Shown piece after piece: positions 27,197-35,690 of a stretch of DNA of 64,000 bases (its first letter is position 1; every line of letters starts with the position of its first letter). The DNA comes from Sphingorhabdus sp. Lineage in GTDB: Bacteria > Pseudomonadota > Alphaproteobacteria > Sphingomonadales > Sphingomonadaceae. The notes below the pieces were generated by a model that worked only from the letters and a program-made list of their open reading frames with translations, was not told the DNA's origin and did not search any database. The stretch spans positions 52,175 through 116,174 of the forward strand of contig NZ_JBKBQV010000001.1 in NCBI RefSeq assembly GCF_046292425.1. Direction: 5' to 3'. The position numbers and the translations under genes were made by a program.

Positions 27197-27738
27197 CAGC
27201 TTACGCCATCTGCGCTTTCACTCGAATGCCGCCTGCGCCGCCATTGTCGACGTATTGAAAACCGCCAAGCAACGTGCACAGCGCCAAATCCCGCCGCAGC
27301 AGACACCAAGGCAAACAGCACAAGACCGAACAGCGTCGGTACCGATGCGCCTGATATCATCTCAACTATCGACGTAATATGCACTTGATCGACCGATGCA
27401 GAATTTGCTCCTCCTGAATTCGTTTTCAAAAGGAATGAGCCCGTACGGAAGGCCGCATAATAAATCGGTGGAAATGTAAAAGGATTTGTCACAAGTGTGG
27501 CCGCAGCCGCTATCAACAAGTTACCACGCGCGGTTGCCGCGAGTAACGCAGCCAACACGATTTGACCAACTGGCACAATAAATCCTACAAAAAGACCCAG
27601 TGCTACCCCACGCGCCACGTTCCGGCGATTGAAATGCCAAATTTCAGGGTGCGCTAAACGATGCGCAAAAGGGCGTATCCAGCGGTTTGCTAAGACACTT
27701 TCCGGCCTCGGAGATATTTGTTTGAACCATTTTCTCAA
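27196..27738 (-). CDS. DUF2062 domain-containing membrane protein
   Basis: 180 aa, TTG start. NRRNVARGVALGLFVGFIVPVGQ and TNPFTFPPIYYAAF are typical of DUF2062. Confidence 0.8.
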   Translation of the reverse strand: MRKWFKQISPRPESVLANRWIRPFAHRLAHPEIWHFNRRNVARGVALGLFVGFIVPVGQIVLAALLAATARGNLLIAAAATLVTNPFTFPPIYYAAFRTGSFLLKTNSGGANSASVDQVHITSIVEMISGASVPTLFGLVLFALVSAAAGFGAVHVAWRFSIRRQWRRRRHSSESADGVS

Positions 27739-27929
27739 AATCTTACCCCAGTACAGCCGATATAACTCGTAGAAACATCAAACAGACCGTTTTCGACATC
27801 CTGCCTGATCTGCTCATTGAAAGTGAACACCACTCGGTCATCGCTCGCATGCTGGAACCGATGTCTGCAAATCAACCCGTTCTCTGTAGCATTCAACATG
27901 AACTCTGGCAAAATGTGCAGAGGTTCCAT
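27735..27929 (-). CDS. Hypothetical small protein (64 aa), uncertain
   Basis: The only support is an ORF whose stop overlaps the TTG start of the DUF2062 gene by 4 nt (TTGA). It has no clear SD and no recognisable motif. Confidence 0.3.
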   Translation of the reverse strand: MEPLHILPEFMLNATENGLICRHRFQHASDDRVVFTFNEQIRQDVENGLFDVSTSYIGCTGVRF

Positions 27930-28144
27930 CTGTCATTTCGCGAGAACACTAGATGGTAACATGGTCGCAAGAGATTAGACTTCAACCGGGTGCCGAAATA
28001 TATCGACACAACCGGTCGCGGTGATCGGCGCCAGATATTATCGATAGATTGGTTCCCATTCTAAGCCAATTCTTGTTGCATGGACGTGCGGAAACTGACC
28101 GACAGTCATCACAAAAACCAAAGCCCTGAAGTTTATAGCATGAT

Positions 28145-28221
28145 TGGTGCACCCAACTGGATTCGAACCAGTGGCCCCCAGATTAGGAATCTGATGCTCT
28201 ATCCTGCTGAGCTATGGGTGC
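28145..28221 (-). tRNA. tRNA-Arg (anticodon CCT)
   Basis: The reverse complement folds. Acceptor stem GCACCCA/TGGGTGC, D stem GCTC/GAGC, anticodon stem TCAGA/TCTGG with loop TTCCTAA, T arm ACTGG-TTCGAAT-CCAGT, and an encoded CCA. Confidence 0.95.
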
Positions 28222-28255
28222 CTTGTTGGGGCCATAGCTGGCTGCAATCTGCGGG

Positions 28256-28744
28256 TCAATTTTTAGCATTGGGCGGCACGACTGAAAATAGCAGCGGGGT
28301 AATAGGGATGCCTTCTTCAAGGAGCTCCTTCGTCTCGTGAGCGCTTGTTTCGCCATGAATGAGGCGATCCGGCTCTTCCCCATAATGGATAGCTCTAGCG
28401 GTCTCGGCAAAATTGCCGCCGACCCATTGGGACTTTTCCAGCATTTCTGTTTGTGCCTGTGCCAGCTTTTGCACCAGCTCGACCATCGCCGGAGGCACCG
28501 GCTCGGTCGCTGCTGCCTCACCCCGTACTTCAACGGCAGGGCTGGATGAAGACGGCGTGGTGACCGCCCGTTGATTGCTTTTCCGTGCAACATTCGGGAC
28601 TGAAAGTGCCTTTTGGACCGTCACATCATCGCAAAGTGGACAAGCCAGGATCCCGTTCGCTTTTTGTGAATCAAATTCAGCGGATGACGTGAACCAGCCT
28701 TCGAACTGATGTCCGTTGCTACAATTCAGATCGAATGCGATCAT
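28256..28744 (-). CDS. DUF1178 family protein
   Basis: 162 aa. The N-terminal zinc-ribbon-like MIAFDLNCSNGHQFEGWF...CPLCDD is characteristic of DUF1178. Its start overlaps the grxC stop. Confidence 0.8.
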   Translation of the reverse strand: MIAFDLNCSNGHQFEGWFTSSAEFDSQKANGILACPLCDDVTVQKALSVPNVARKSNQRAVTTPSSSSPAVEVRGEAAATEPVPPAMVELVQKLAQAQTEMLEKSQWVGGNFAETARAIHYGEEPDRLIHGETSAHETKELLEEGIPITPLLFSVVPPNAKN

Positions 28745-29013
28745 TATGCGCCGCCAACTCCAAGTAACTTGTCCAGCTTTCCCTGGCTATCGAGTGCTCG
28801 CAAGTCGTCGGATCCCCCAATCGCCAAGTCGTTGATAAAAATTTGCGGAACGGTCCGTGCACCAGGCGCTCGCCTGACCATTTCTGCGCGCTTTTCACCG
28901 CCCATGGTCACATCATACTCAATGTAAGTCACGCCTTTGCTGTCCAACAAGTGCTTTGCCCGCACGCAATATGGGCATGCGAATTTGGTGTAGATTTCAA
29001 CAGTTGCAGTCAT
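28744..29013 (-). CDS. grxC: Glutaredoxin 3
   Basis: Track ORF trimmed to the ATG at 29013 (MTATVEIYTKFACPYCVRAK). It has the CPYC active site, and TVPQIF and GG motifs. Confidence 0.9.
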   Translation of the reverse strand: MTATVEIYTKFACPYCVRAKHLLDSKGVTYIEYDVTMGGEKRAEMVRRAPGARTVPQIFINDLAIGGSDDLRALDSQGKLDKLLGVGGA

Positions 29014-29044
29014 GGATAAGAAATGGTGTCCTAATGTGTGCAAG

Positions 29045-29809
29045 TCAAGCTTCGAGCGCCCCGTAATCGTGATCCTGCGTCCTCCCGCGCAATGCGCGCG
29101 CCCAGCAGAAAATCTGTACCCAGCCTGCCCCATTTCGTTTCAGCACTGAGACGCAACCGTCACTGGTCGCCCCTGTCGTCAGGACGTCATCGATAAGAAT
29201 GATCTTGCGCCCCCGTAGAAAGCCTTTCCATTTCGGATGAATTGCAAAAGCGCTTCCGACGGCTTTCCTGCGGCGAGTCACGTCAAGACCGCGCATGCTG
29301 GGCGTTCTTTTACGCCGAACCAGTATATCGGGCACGAAAGTCATGTTGCTTAACGCCGCCAATTCCCTGCCGATAAGCGCGGACTGGTTGAAGGTGCGAG
29401 ACCATAGACGAGTCCAGTGCAAAGGGACTGGGGTGATCAGGATATCGTCTCGATCCTTGGGCAGGTGCCGAAGAAGCTGCTGCGCGATGATGCGAGCCAA
29501 GCCTATTTTTCCGCCATATTTCAATCGTAGAGCCACCTGAGATGACAAATCATCATATTTCACTGCCGCCCGGATGCCGTCATGTTTGGGCGGGGCTTGG
29601 AGGCATGACCCACAATATGCGTCGTCCCCGCGGTCAAATTCAAATGGAATTGCGCACCCCCGGCACCAGGGGGGGGCAAGAAAATCGAGTTTCTGCCAAC
29701 AAGTTGCGCAGAACAGGCCGCCTGAAGAGGTAATCGTCCCGCAACAGGGGCAACGTTCAGGCAGCGCCCAATTCAGTGCTATGTGGAAAATGTGGCTGCC
29801 CCTTGCCAT
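29045..29809 (-). CDS. ComF family protein (phosphoribosyltransferase domain)
   Basis: Track ORF (TTG 29851) trimmed to the ATG at 29809. It has an N-terminal Cys-rich finger (CPCCG...CATCW) and the C-terminal PRTase motif KIILIDDVLTTGAT. Confidence 0.8.
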   Translation of the reverse strand: MARGSHIFHIALNWALPERCPCCGTITSSGGLFCATCWQKLDFLAPPWCRGCAIPFEFDRGDDAYCGSCLQAPPKHDGIRAAVKYDDLSSQVALRLKYGGKIGLARIIAQQLLRHLPKDRDDILITPVPLHWTRLWSRTFNQSALIGRELAALSNMTFVPDILVRRKRTPSMRGLDVTRRRKAVGSAFAIHPKWKGFLRGRKIILIDDVLTTGATSDGCVSVLKRNGAGWVQIFCWARALRGRTQDHDYGALEA

Positions 29810-29851
29810 ATTGGACTTGTCGGACAAACGAAGGGTCTGCACAAGGCACAA

Positions 29852-30712
29852 ATGAGCAACGATCTGAATCCACCCGAAATTTTTGACCGTGGCCGTCGCC
29901 GTGCAATGCGCGATAAGGCCGCGGGGCGCACTGGCGATATGTTTTTATGGAACCATATTGCCCAGGATCTTGCTGAACGCCTGTCGGCGGTTACGCGACC
30001 CTTTGAAAATGCGATGGTCTTAGGGCCAATCGGGCGCTGGCATGAGCATATCCTACCGCCAAATGTTCGGTGCCAGGTCATTACCTTAAGCCAGACGGAG
30101 ACAGACAGCGCCGGTCTGAACGCTTTGGAGGAAGACAGGCTGCCATTTACCCCTGGCAGTTTTGATCTCGTGATATCAGCTGGCACACTGGATAGCGTGA
30201 ATGACCTTCCAGGTGCGCTCATTCAAATTCGCCGCATTTTGAAACCGGACGGATTATTCCTTGGCCATTTGTTTGGCGCTGGTACCTTGGCCACACTGAA
30301 ATCTATGTTTCTGGAAACAGAAGCTGATCGAGCAACGGCACATATTCATCCCCAGATTGATTTACGCAGCGCCGCTGACTTGCTGGTACGCGCCGGATTC
30401 AATTTGCCCGTAGCTGATCAGGATATGACCTTTATCCGATATGGTGACTGGCGCTCGCTCATATCGGACATACGCGACGCTGGAATTGGCAATGCTCTCG
30501 CTGGGCCACGGCCATATCTAGGGAAAGATATTTCAAATCGACTGGATAATCTGTTTGCGGCACGCGCTGATGAAGAAGGGAAGGTCACCGAATGCTTTAC
30601 ACATTTGCATCTGAGTGGTTGGGCGCCGTCGGAATCGCAGCGCCGCCCGGCTAAAAGAGGAAGCGCACAAGTTTCGCTCGCTGAGGTCCTGTCAAAGCAC
30701 CGAGCAGATTAA
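29852..30712 (+). CDS. Class I SAM-dependent methyltransferase (Methyltransf_11-like)
   Basis: Trimmed to the ATG at 29852 (MSNDLNPPEIFDR). It has FDLVISAGTLDSVNDLPG and ILKPDGLF motifs, and is divergent from comF as is common in alphaproteobacteria. Confidence 0.8.
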   Translation: MSNDLNPPEIFDRGRRRAMRDKAAGRTGDMFLWNHIAQDLAERLSAVTRPFENAMVLGPIGRWHEHILPPNVRCQVITLSQTETDSAGLNALEEDRLPFTPGSFDLVISAGTLDSVNDLPGALIQIRRILKPDGLFLGHLFGAGTLATLKSMFLETEADRATAHIHPQIDLRSAADLLVRAGFNLPVADQDMTFIRYGDWRSLISDIRDAGIGNALAGPRPYLGKDISNRLDNLFAARADEEGKVTECFTHLHLSGWAPSESQRRPAKRGSAQVSLAEVLSKHRAD

Positions 30713-31116
30713 ATTTGTTGGAGCTTCTTGACCAAGGGATAATCCGCGGGTGGCATCGGCAGGTAAGACATGTCTTTTGGCAAAGCCCAATATATCTCGT
30801 CTGCAAATAAGGCCGCCGGCGTGCCCGTCCAACGATTACAGCGATACAGCAGAAGCAGCAGATTTCGCTCACCCAAGGGTTCACTCGCGAACGTCTCTGG
30901 CACGAGGTCTCGAGCATCTACGATGATACCAAGTTCCTCCTCCAGTTCGCGCACAAGGGCATTTTCAGGGGATTCGTCGTGATCCACCTTGCCGCCCGGG
31001 AACTCCCACAACCCCCCCATCTGCGCATCCATGGGACGTTTTTGTAGCAGAATTTCACCCTTGTCGTTGGTTAACGCAGCGGCAACCACGAATAATAATG
31101 TCGGACTTCTTTCCAT
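30709..31116 (-). CDS. MutT-like (deoxy)nucleoside triphosphate pyrophosphohydrolase (NUDIX)
   Basis: Trimmed to the ATG at 31116 (MERSPTLLFVVAAAL). Nudix box GGKVDHDESPENALVRELEEELG. Confidence 0.85.
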   Translation of the reverse strand: MERSPTLLFVVAAALTNDKGEILLQKRPMDAQMGGLWEFPGGKVDHDESPENALVRELEEELGIIVDARDLVPETFASEPLGERNLLLLLYRCNRWTGTPAALFADEIYWALPKDMSYLPMPPADYPLVKKLQQI

Positions 31117-31200
31117 ATTCTCATCACGTAACAAGGTTTTGTTAACTTCTGTGTGGGATTTTAATGCTGCTCGCAACCAGGGAATGAAGTGGGACCAGAC

Positions 31201-31377
31201 ATGTTGGAACTAATTCGTCGTATTGTAAAATGCGACCGGGGCGCGACAGCCGTAGAATATGGTTTGATAATATCCTTGATCGTTATTGCGATGATTGCAT
31301 CACTAGGCAATTTTGCAGGAAGCACCCAGTCAATGTGGAACCAGGTGTCGAATAAAATAACTTCAAGCACACAATGA
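31201..31377 (+). CDS. Flp family type IVb pilin (divergent paralog)
   Basis: Trimmed to MLELIRRIVKCDRGATAVEYGLIISLIVIAMIA. It has the Flp processing motif G/ATAVEYGLI followed by a hydrophobic helix. 58 aa. Confidence 0.75.
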   Translation: MLELIRRIVKCDRGATAVEYGLIISLIVIAMIASLGNFAGSTQSMWNQVSNKITSSTQ

Positions 31378-31383
31378 TTTAAT

Positions 31384-31394
31384 TGTTAACGAAA
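31384..31394 (+). promoter_or_regulatory. Conserved upstream word TGTTAACGAAA (copy 1) 97 nt before the flp paralog 2 ATG
   Basis: An exact 11-mer is also present at 31834-31844, 101 nt before the paralog 3 ATG. It contains a TTAAC half-site. Confidence 0.4.
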
Positions 31395-31480
31395 TCGTAA
31401 ATATTGAAACCTTATCCATCATTTGACGATTTTTCGGAAAGATCGCCCGGGTGTATGAACGTAAAGACAGGAGACCAAAA

Positions 31481-31645
31481 ATGAAAACTCTTAAGAAAAT
31501 CTTCAAGAACGAAGATGGCGCAACTGCAATTGAATATGGCTTGATTGCTGCTTTGATCGCTGTTGCAGCAATCACTGCAATGACCAGCCTCGGAACTAAT
31601 TTGTCCGGTACCTTTAACAAGGTTGGAAATAGCTTGCAGTCGTAA
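31481..31645 (+). CDS. Flp family type IVb pilin (paralog 2)
   Basis: Trimmed to the ATG at 31481 (AGGAG lies 8 nt upstream). Sequence MKTLKKIFKNEDGATAIEYGLIAALIAVAAITAM..., 54 aa. Confidence 0.9.
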   Translation: MKTLKKIFKNEDGATAIEYGLIAALIAVAAITAMTSLGTNLSGTFNKVGNSLQS

Positions 31646-31698
31646 GACCAAGCAGATTAAGAAAGCTGTTAAACGGTTAAATCGGTTTGGCAGTCCAA

Positions 31699-31731
31699 GG
31701 GCGGAGATCATTTGGTCTCCGCCCTTTTTTA
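31699..31731 (+). terminator. Rho-independent terminator after flp paralog 2
   Basis: GGGCGGAGA - loop - TCTCCGCCC followed by TTTTTTATTT. Confidence 0.7.
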
Positions 31732-31833
31732 TTTCCTTCAATAGATAATGAATTCTCGGAGCCAAAGTCTGTATTTGAAGACAACTTCCGTGGAGCATTC
31801 GCGCGCCTGATCAGCGCCTGTAGCGAAACTGCG

Positions 31834-31844
31834 TGTTAACGAAA
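31834..31844 (+). promoter_or_regulatory. Conserved upstream word TGTTAACGAAA (copy 2)
   Basis: See 31384-31394. Same word at the same relative position upstream of flp paralog 3. Confidence 0.4.
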
Positions 31845-31934
31845 AATATACCAGTTGAAGATAGAAAATATGGTCAGTTACCTCGCTTTACAAGAACGGT
31901 TCAGGTGAGTCGGGCGGGTGACAGGAGACCAAAC

Positions 31935-32099
31935 ATGAAAACTATCAAAAAAATCTTCAAGAACGAAGACGGCGCAACTGCAATTGAATATGGCTTAATT
32001 GCAGCGCTAATCGCAGTTGCGGCGATCACCGCTATGACTAGCCTCGGCACCAACCTGTCTGGCACCTTTAACAAGGTCGGCAACAGCTTGTCATCTTAA
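31935..32099 (+). CDS. Flp family type IVb pilin (paralog 3)
   Basis: Trimmed to the ATG at 31935 (AGGAG upstream). Sequence MKTIKKIFKNEDGATAIEYGLIAALIAVAAITAM..., with 52 of 54 residues identical to paralog 2. Confidence 0.9.
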   Translation: MKTIKKIFKNEDGATAIEYGLIAALIAVAAITAMTSLGTNLSGTFNKVGNSLSS

Positions 32100-32151
32100 T
32101 AGGCGACCAAAGACAACTGCTATTGATCATAAGGTCGCATCGGCAGTTAAA

Positions 32152-32186
32152 GGGCGGAGACCAGTTGGTCGCCGCCCTTTTGTTTT
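32152..32186 (+). terminator. Rho-independent terminator after flp paralog 3 (touches the convergent M48 gene end)
   Basis: GGGCGGAGACC - agtt - GGTCGCCGCCC (one mismatch) followed by TTTTGTTTT. The stem sequence is related to the terminator at 31699. Confidence 0.65.
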
Positions 32187-33684
32187 AATAGGTTACAATT
32201 TTAAGCTTTTGTCCCGACCGGACGGCAGTGTTGGATCTAAGGCCATTCAGCGCCAAAAATCTTTCGGTCTGTAACGTCGGGTAAGCCATGCGACCGGCAA
32301 GCGAAGCTATGGTGTCTCTCGGACCGACGGTGACAACCCGCAGTTTACGTGGTTTCACGGCCGCCGCTTCTGCATTGGTCAGTCGCGCCATGCTTGAAAA
32401 CATCCGGTCAAATGGATTGCTATTGGAGGCGGCAATGGTCACGAAATGATAGGCTGTGCCCTGTGCCCATTCATAGGCAAATACAGTAACGACGCGCTGT
32501 CCCTGCTGTGTATTGACTACAGCGCTGCTGTAAAAAGCGGGGATATTGTTTACCGTCGTCCGTCGTATTTCACCAACCGGAATAGCGGCATTTTCGCCTG
32601 ATACCGCCTTCAGCGCATTTGCAATATAAGTATTGCGGTTGCCGTCAAAGGCTGCCGCCGTAAAAATCGCCTTTCCGCTGTTCCCGTTGATTGCGATAGC
32701 ATTTGTTCCATTTTGAATCCCGAAGCCATTAGGCGCCGTGAATTTCATTCTGAGTTCCGGATGCAGGAACTCTTGTCCTTCAATCACACCTTGCGCTGGG
32801 TCATCTCCGTATAGCATGCCGTCAATCGCTGCCAAATGCGCATCTGCATTACGGAACGTGCTGGCAGGATACGATTTTGCGCGTGTGGAGGCGCGAGCAA
32901 CGCGCCTCGCAGGATCTGGATGGGTACTTGCCCATTCCGGCACGCGACCGTCGGTCAAACCAGCGACTCGCGTGTCTACGCTTGTCTGCATCGCAAGCGA
33001 ATTAAGCATGGAAGATAAAGCGCTTGGATCATACCCCGCGCCGCTGAGATACCGAATTCCGTAATCATCAGCCTCTTCTTCCTGCGACCGCGAATATTTG
33101 AGACTGAAAACCTGCGCCAATGGGCCAGCATATTCTTTCAACCCCCCACCAAGCGCACCAAGCAAACCGCCTGAATTACCCAAAACGGATCCCAATATAC
33201 TGCCGCCCATGCCCAGCAGGCCGGCAAGGGTAGCATTGCTCTTGCGCTTTTCGCTATGGCGCGCCGCTGTATGCCCCACTTCATGGCCAAGAACGCCCGC
33301 CATTTCGGCTTCGCTGTTGGTTAAGGCAACCAGTTGGCGCGTAATATATACGTAGCCGCCGGGTAGCGCAAAAGCGTTGTTTACGGATGAATTGAGCAGG
33401 GTAACGTTAAAATCGCTCTGCGCATTTCCTAGTCCCGACTGCATGGCAATATTTTTGCCTACGCGCACGACATAAGCGGTCTGCGGACTTTGCATGGGTC
33501 CGCCAAATTCTTTCAATATCTCGTTATGGTATTTTGCGCCTTCGGACTTTTCCTTCGCTGTAAACGCCTTAGGCGCCGCCACAGCCTTGGTTCGAGATTG
33601 CGCCTCAACAGGCATGCTGCTGCTTGCGGTGGTCACTGCAAAAATTGCGGTGCCTGTAATCAGGACCGTTTTCGAAAAACGCAT
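32185..33684 (-). CDS. M48 family zinc metallopeptidase with a C-terminal LysM domain
   Basis: 499 aa with a signal peptide, the HEVGH zinc motif (GVLGHEVGHTAARH), and a C-terminal LysM-like segment VVTVGPRDTIASLAGRM...FLALNGL...GQKLKIV. Confidence 0.9.
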   Translation of the reverse strand: MRFSKTVLITGTAIFAVTTASSSMPVEAQSRTKAVAAPKAFTAKEKSEGAKYHNEILKEFGGPMQSPQTAYVVRVGKNIAMQSGLGNAQSDFNVTLLNSSVNNAFALPGGYVYITRQLVALTNSEAEMAGVLGHEVGHTAARHSEKRKSNATLAGLLGMGGSILGSVLGNSGGLLGALGGGLKEYAGPLAQVFSLKYSRSQEEEADDYGIRYLSGAGYDPSALSSMLNSLAMQTSVDTRVAGLTDGRVPEWASTHPDPARRVARASTRAKSYPASTFRNADAHLAAIDGMLYGDDPAQGVIEGQEFLHPELRMKFTAPNGFGIQNGTNAIAINGNSGKAIFTAAAFDGNRNTYIANALKAVSGENAAIPVGEIRRTTVNNIPAFYSSAVVNTQQGQRVVTVFAYEWAQGTAYHFVTIAASNSNPFDRMFSSMARLTNAEAAAVKPRKLRVVTVGPRDTIASLAGRMAYPTLQTERFLALNGLRSNTAVRSGQKLKIVTY

Positions 33685-33780
33685 ATCTATGCTCCCTAAA
33701 TAAGGAAAACGGAGTTTAGCGCATTAAGTTTCAATTCTGCAAAAAAACCGGCGTTTTTGCACGAGATACCTTCGTTAAGG

Positions 33781-34725
33781 TCAGGCACCCATCGCTAGGA
33801 ATTTCGCACGGCGCTGCTGCAGCAATTCTTTGGAGGAGAATGCCGACAACGCCTCAAGTTCCTCATATATGGCATGGGCCAGTGACGCCCCTGCCATCGC
33901 ATGGTCGCGGTGCGCGCCGCCAACTGGTTCGTCCACTATACGGTCAATAATGCGCAACGATTTAAGATCATCAGCGGTCATCTTCATCGCTTGGGCAGCA
34001 TCAGCCGCTTTGTCGCCCGTGCGCCAGAGGATAGAAGCGCATCCTTCGGGTGAGATAACTGAATACACGGCATACTGAAACATGAGAACCCGGTCAGCAG
34101 CCGCCAGCGCCACCGCGCCGCCAGAGCCGCCCTCGCCTACAATACACGCGATCATGGGCACGCCAAGCGCGAGACATTTTTCGGTGGAACGGGCGATCGC
34201 TTCGGCCTGGCCCCGCTCTTCAGCCTGGATACCCGGAAAAGCACCCGAAGTATCGACCAGGCTGACCACCGCGATGCCGAAACGATCAGCCAGCTCCATC
34301 AATCTTATGGCCTTGCGATAGCCTTCTGGTTTACCCATTCCGAAATTATGGCGAAGGCGGCTTTGGGTGTCGTCCCCCTTCTCATGGCCGATAACCATCA
34401 CGCGACGACCATTTAGTCGTGCTAGTCCGCCAATAATGGCTTGATCGTCGCCAAAGGCCCGGTCGCCCGCCAGAGGCATGAAATCTTCGAACATTGTTTC
34501 AATATAGTGTTTGAAGTGGGGCCGTTCGGGATGACGCGCGACCTGAGTCTTTTGCCACGCCGTCAAGTTAGCGTATGTATCCCTAAGTTGCTTGTCAGCC
34601 TTGTCGCGCAGCTTTGCGATTTCGGCAGTAGCATCAATGTCGCTTTCACGCGCAGCATCTTGCAGTTCAATGATGCGCGCTTCAAGCGCGGCAATCGGCT
34701 TTTCAAAATCAAGATATACCATCAT
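33781..34725 (-). CDS. accA: Acetyl-CoA carboxylase carboxyltransferase subunit alpha
   Basis: 314 aa with canonical AccA sequence (LDFEKPIAALEARI, RHPERPHF, GEGGSGGALA-like GEGGSGGAVALA). Confidence 0.95.
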   Translation of the reverse strand: MMVYLDFEKPIAALEARIIELQDAARESDIDATAEIAKLRDKADKQLRDTYANLTAWQKTQVARHPERPHFKHYIETMFEDFMPLAGDRAFGDDQAIIGGLARLNGRRVMVIGHEKGDDTQSRLRHNFGMGKPEGYRKAIRLMELADRFGIAVVSLVDTSGAFPGIQAEERGQAEAIARSTEKCLALGVPMIACIVGEGGSGGAVALAAADRVLMFQYAVYSVISPEGCASILWRTGDKAADAAQAMKMTADDLKSLRIIDRIVDEPVGGAHRDHAMAGASLAHAIYEELEALSAFSSKELLQQRRAKFLAMGA

Positions 34726-35663
34726 GTCTGCCGGTTAGTGCCTGCGGTGCGGCGGGTCAATGTGCGCGTTGCTAATGGGTGTCGTCGATTGACCAATTCA
34801 ACCAGCCGGCTGGAGTCAACATGCGTGTAGATCTGCGTCGTGGCGATGTCCGCATGCCCCAGCATGGACTGAAGAGCCCTTAGATTTGCGCCCCCCGCCA
34901 ACAGATGCGTGGCAAAGGCATGGCGCAATACATGCGGGCTCACCTTGAGCGGGTCCAAGCCGGATTGCGCGGCCAATTGCTTGATAATCTGGAACAGGCG
35001 AATGCGGCTGATATGGCTGGCCCGCGATGGGAAAAGGAAACGCGATTTTTCTGGCACAAAGGCCAGCCAAGCGTCGACGGCATCCCGGGCGCGGCTTGAT
35101 ATGGGAACAAGGCGTTCCTTGTTCCCCTTACCTTTGACAATAATGAACGGCTTGCCGGATACGACCGAGTTTCGGGGCAAGGCGACCAGTTCGCTCGCCC
35201 GCAGGCCGGAACCATAAAGCAGTTCAATGAGAGCCGACAGCCGGTAGTCCACTGACGCGGGAGTAGGCCGTGCGAGTTTTGCTTCAATGGCGTTGAACAA
35301 GACGTCAATTTCATCTTTATCAAGAATTTTGGGCAGGCTGCGGGCCTGTGTAGGTTTTGGAAGAGCAGACGACGGATTGTCTGCACGAAATCCCTCTTCC
35401 TGCAGAAAACCGAAGAACCGCCTTAGCACTGACGCCTTTCGTGCAACCGAGCTGTTGGCAAGGCCTCGCCAATCACGTGCCAGACTTGTCAGCGCATCAG
35501 GGTCAGCGCTGGTCAGACGCCCTTTTGCAAGGTTGGACGCAGCCACTAGGTCACTTCGATAAGCAGAAATGGTGTTGGCCGCAGCCCCCTGCTCGGCCGC
35601 CAACATCTCCAAAAAACGTGCAATCAGTTCCCGGTCGGGCAGATTGCTATCCGGCGAGCTCAT
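34722..35663 (-). CDS. xerD: Site-specific tyrosine recombinase XerD
   Basis: 313 aa with catalytic-region motifs LLYGSGLRASE, HVLRHAFATHLL and LGHADIATTQIYTH. Its stop overlaps the accA start. Confidence 0.9.
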   Translation of the reverse strand: MSSPDSNLPDRELIARFLEMLAAEQGAAANTISAYRSDLVAASNLAKGRLTSADPDALTSLARDWRGLANSSVARKASVLRRFFGFLQEEGFRADNPSSALPKPTQARSLPKILDKDEIDVLFNAIEAKLARPTPASVDYRLSALIELLYGSGLRASELVALPRNSVVSGKPFIIVKGKGNKERLVPISSRARDAVDAWLAFVPEKSRFLFPSRASHISRIRLFQIIKQLAAQSGLDPLKVSPHVLRHAFATHLLAGGANLRALQSMLGHADIATTQIYTHVDSSRLVELVNRRHPLATRTLTRRTAGTNRQT

Positions 35664-35690
35664 GACTGGCCGACCATCATCGACCTTTGG

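Noticed and set aside
27930-28144. The 215-bp non-coding stretch 3' of tRNA-Arg, as a possible att site, sRNA or remnant integrase.
   Set aside because: I found no repeat of the tRNA 3' end, no convincing hairpin/terminator pair, and no ORF remnant with integrase-like motifs. There are only short 5-bp inverted repeats, which is insufficient evidence.
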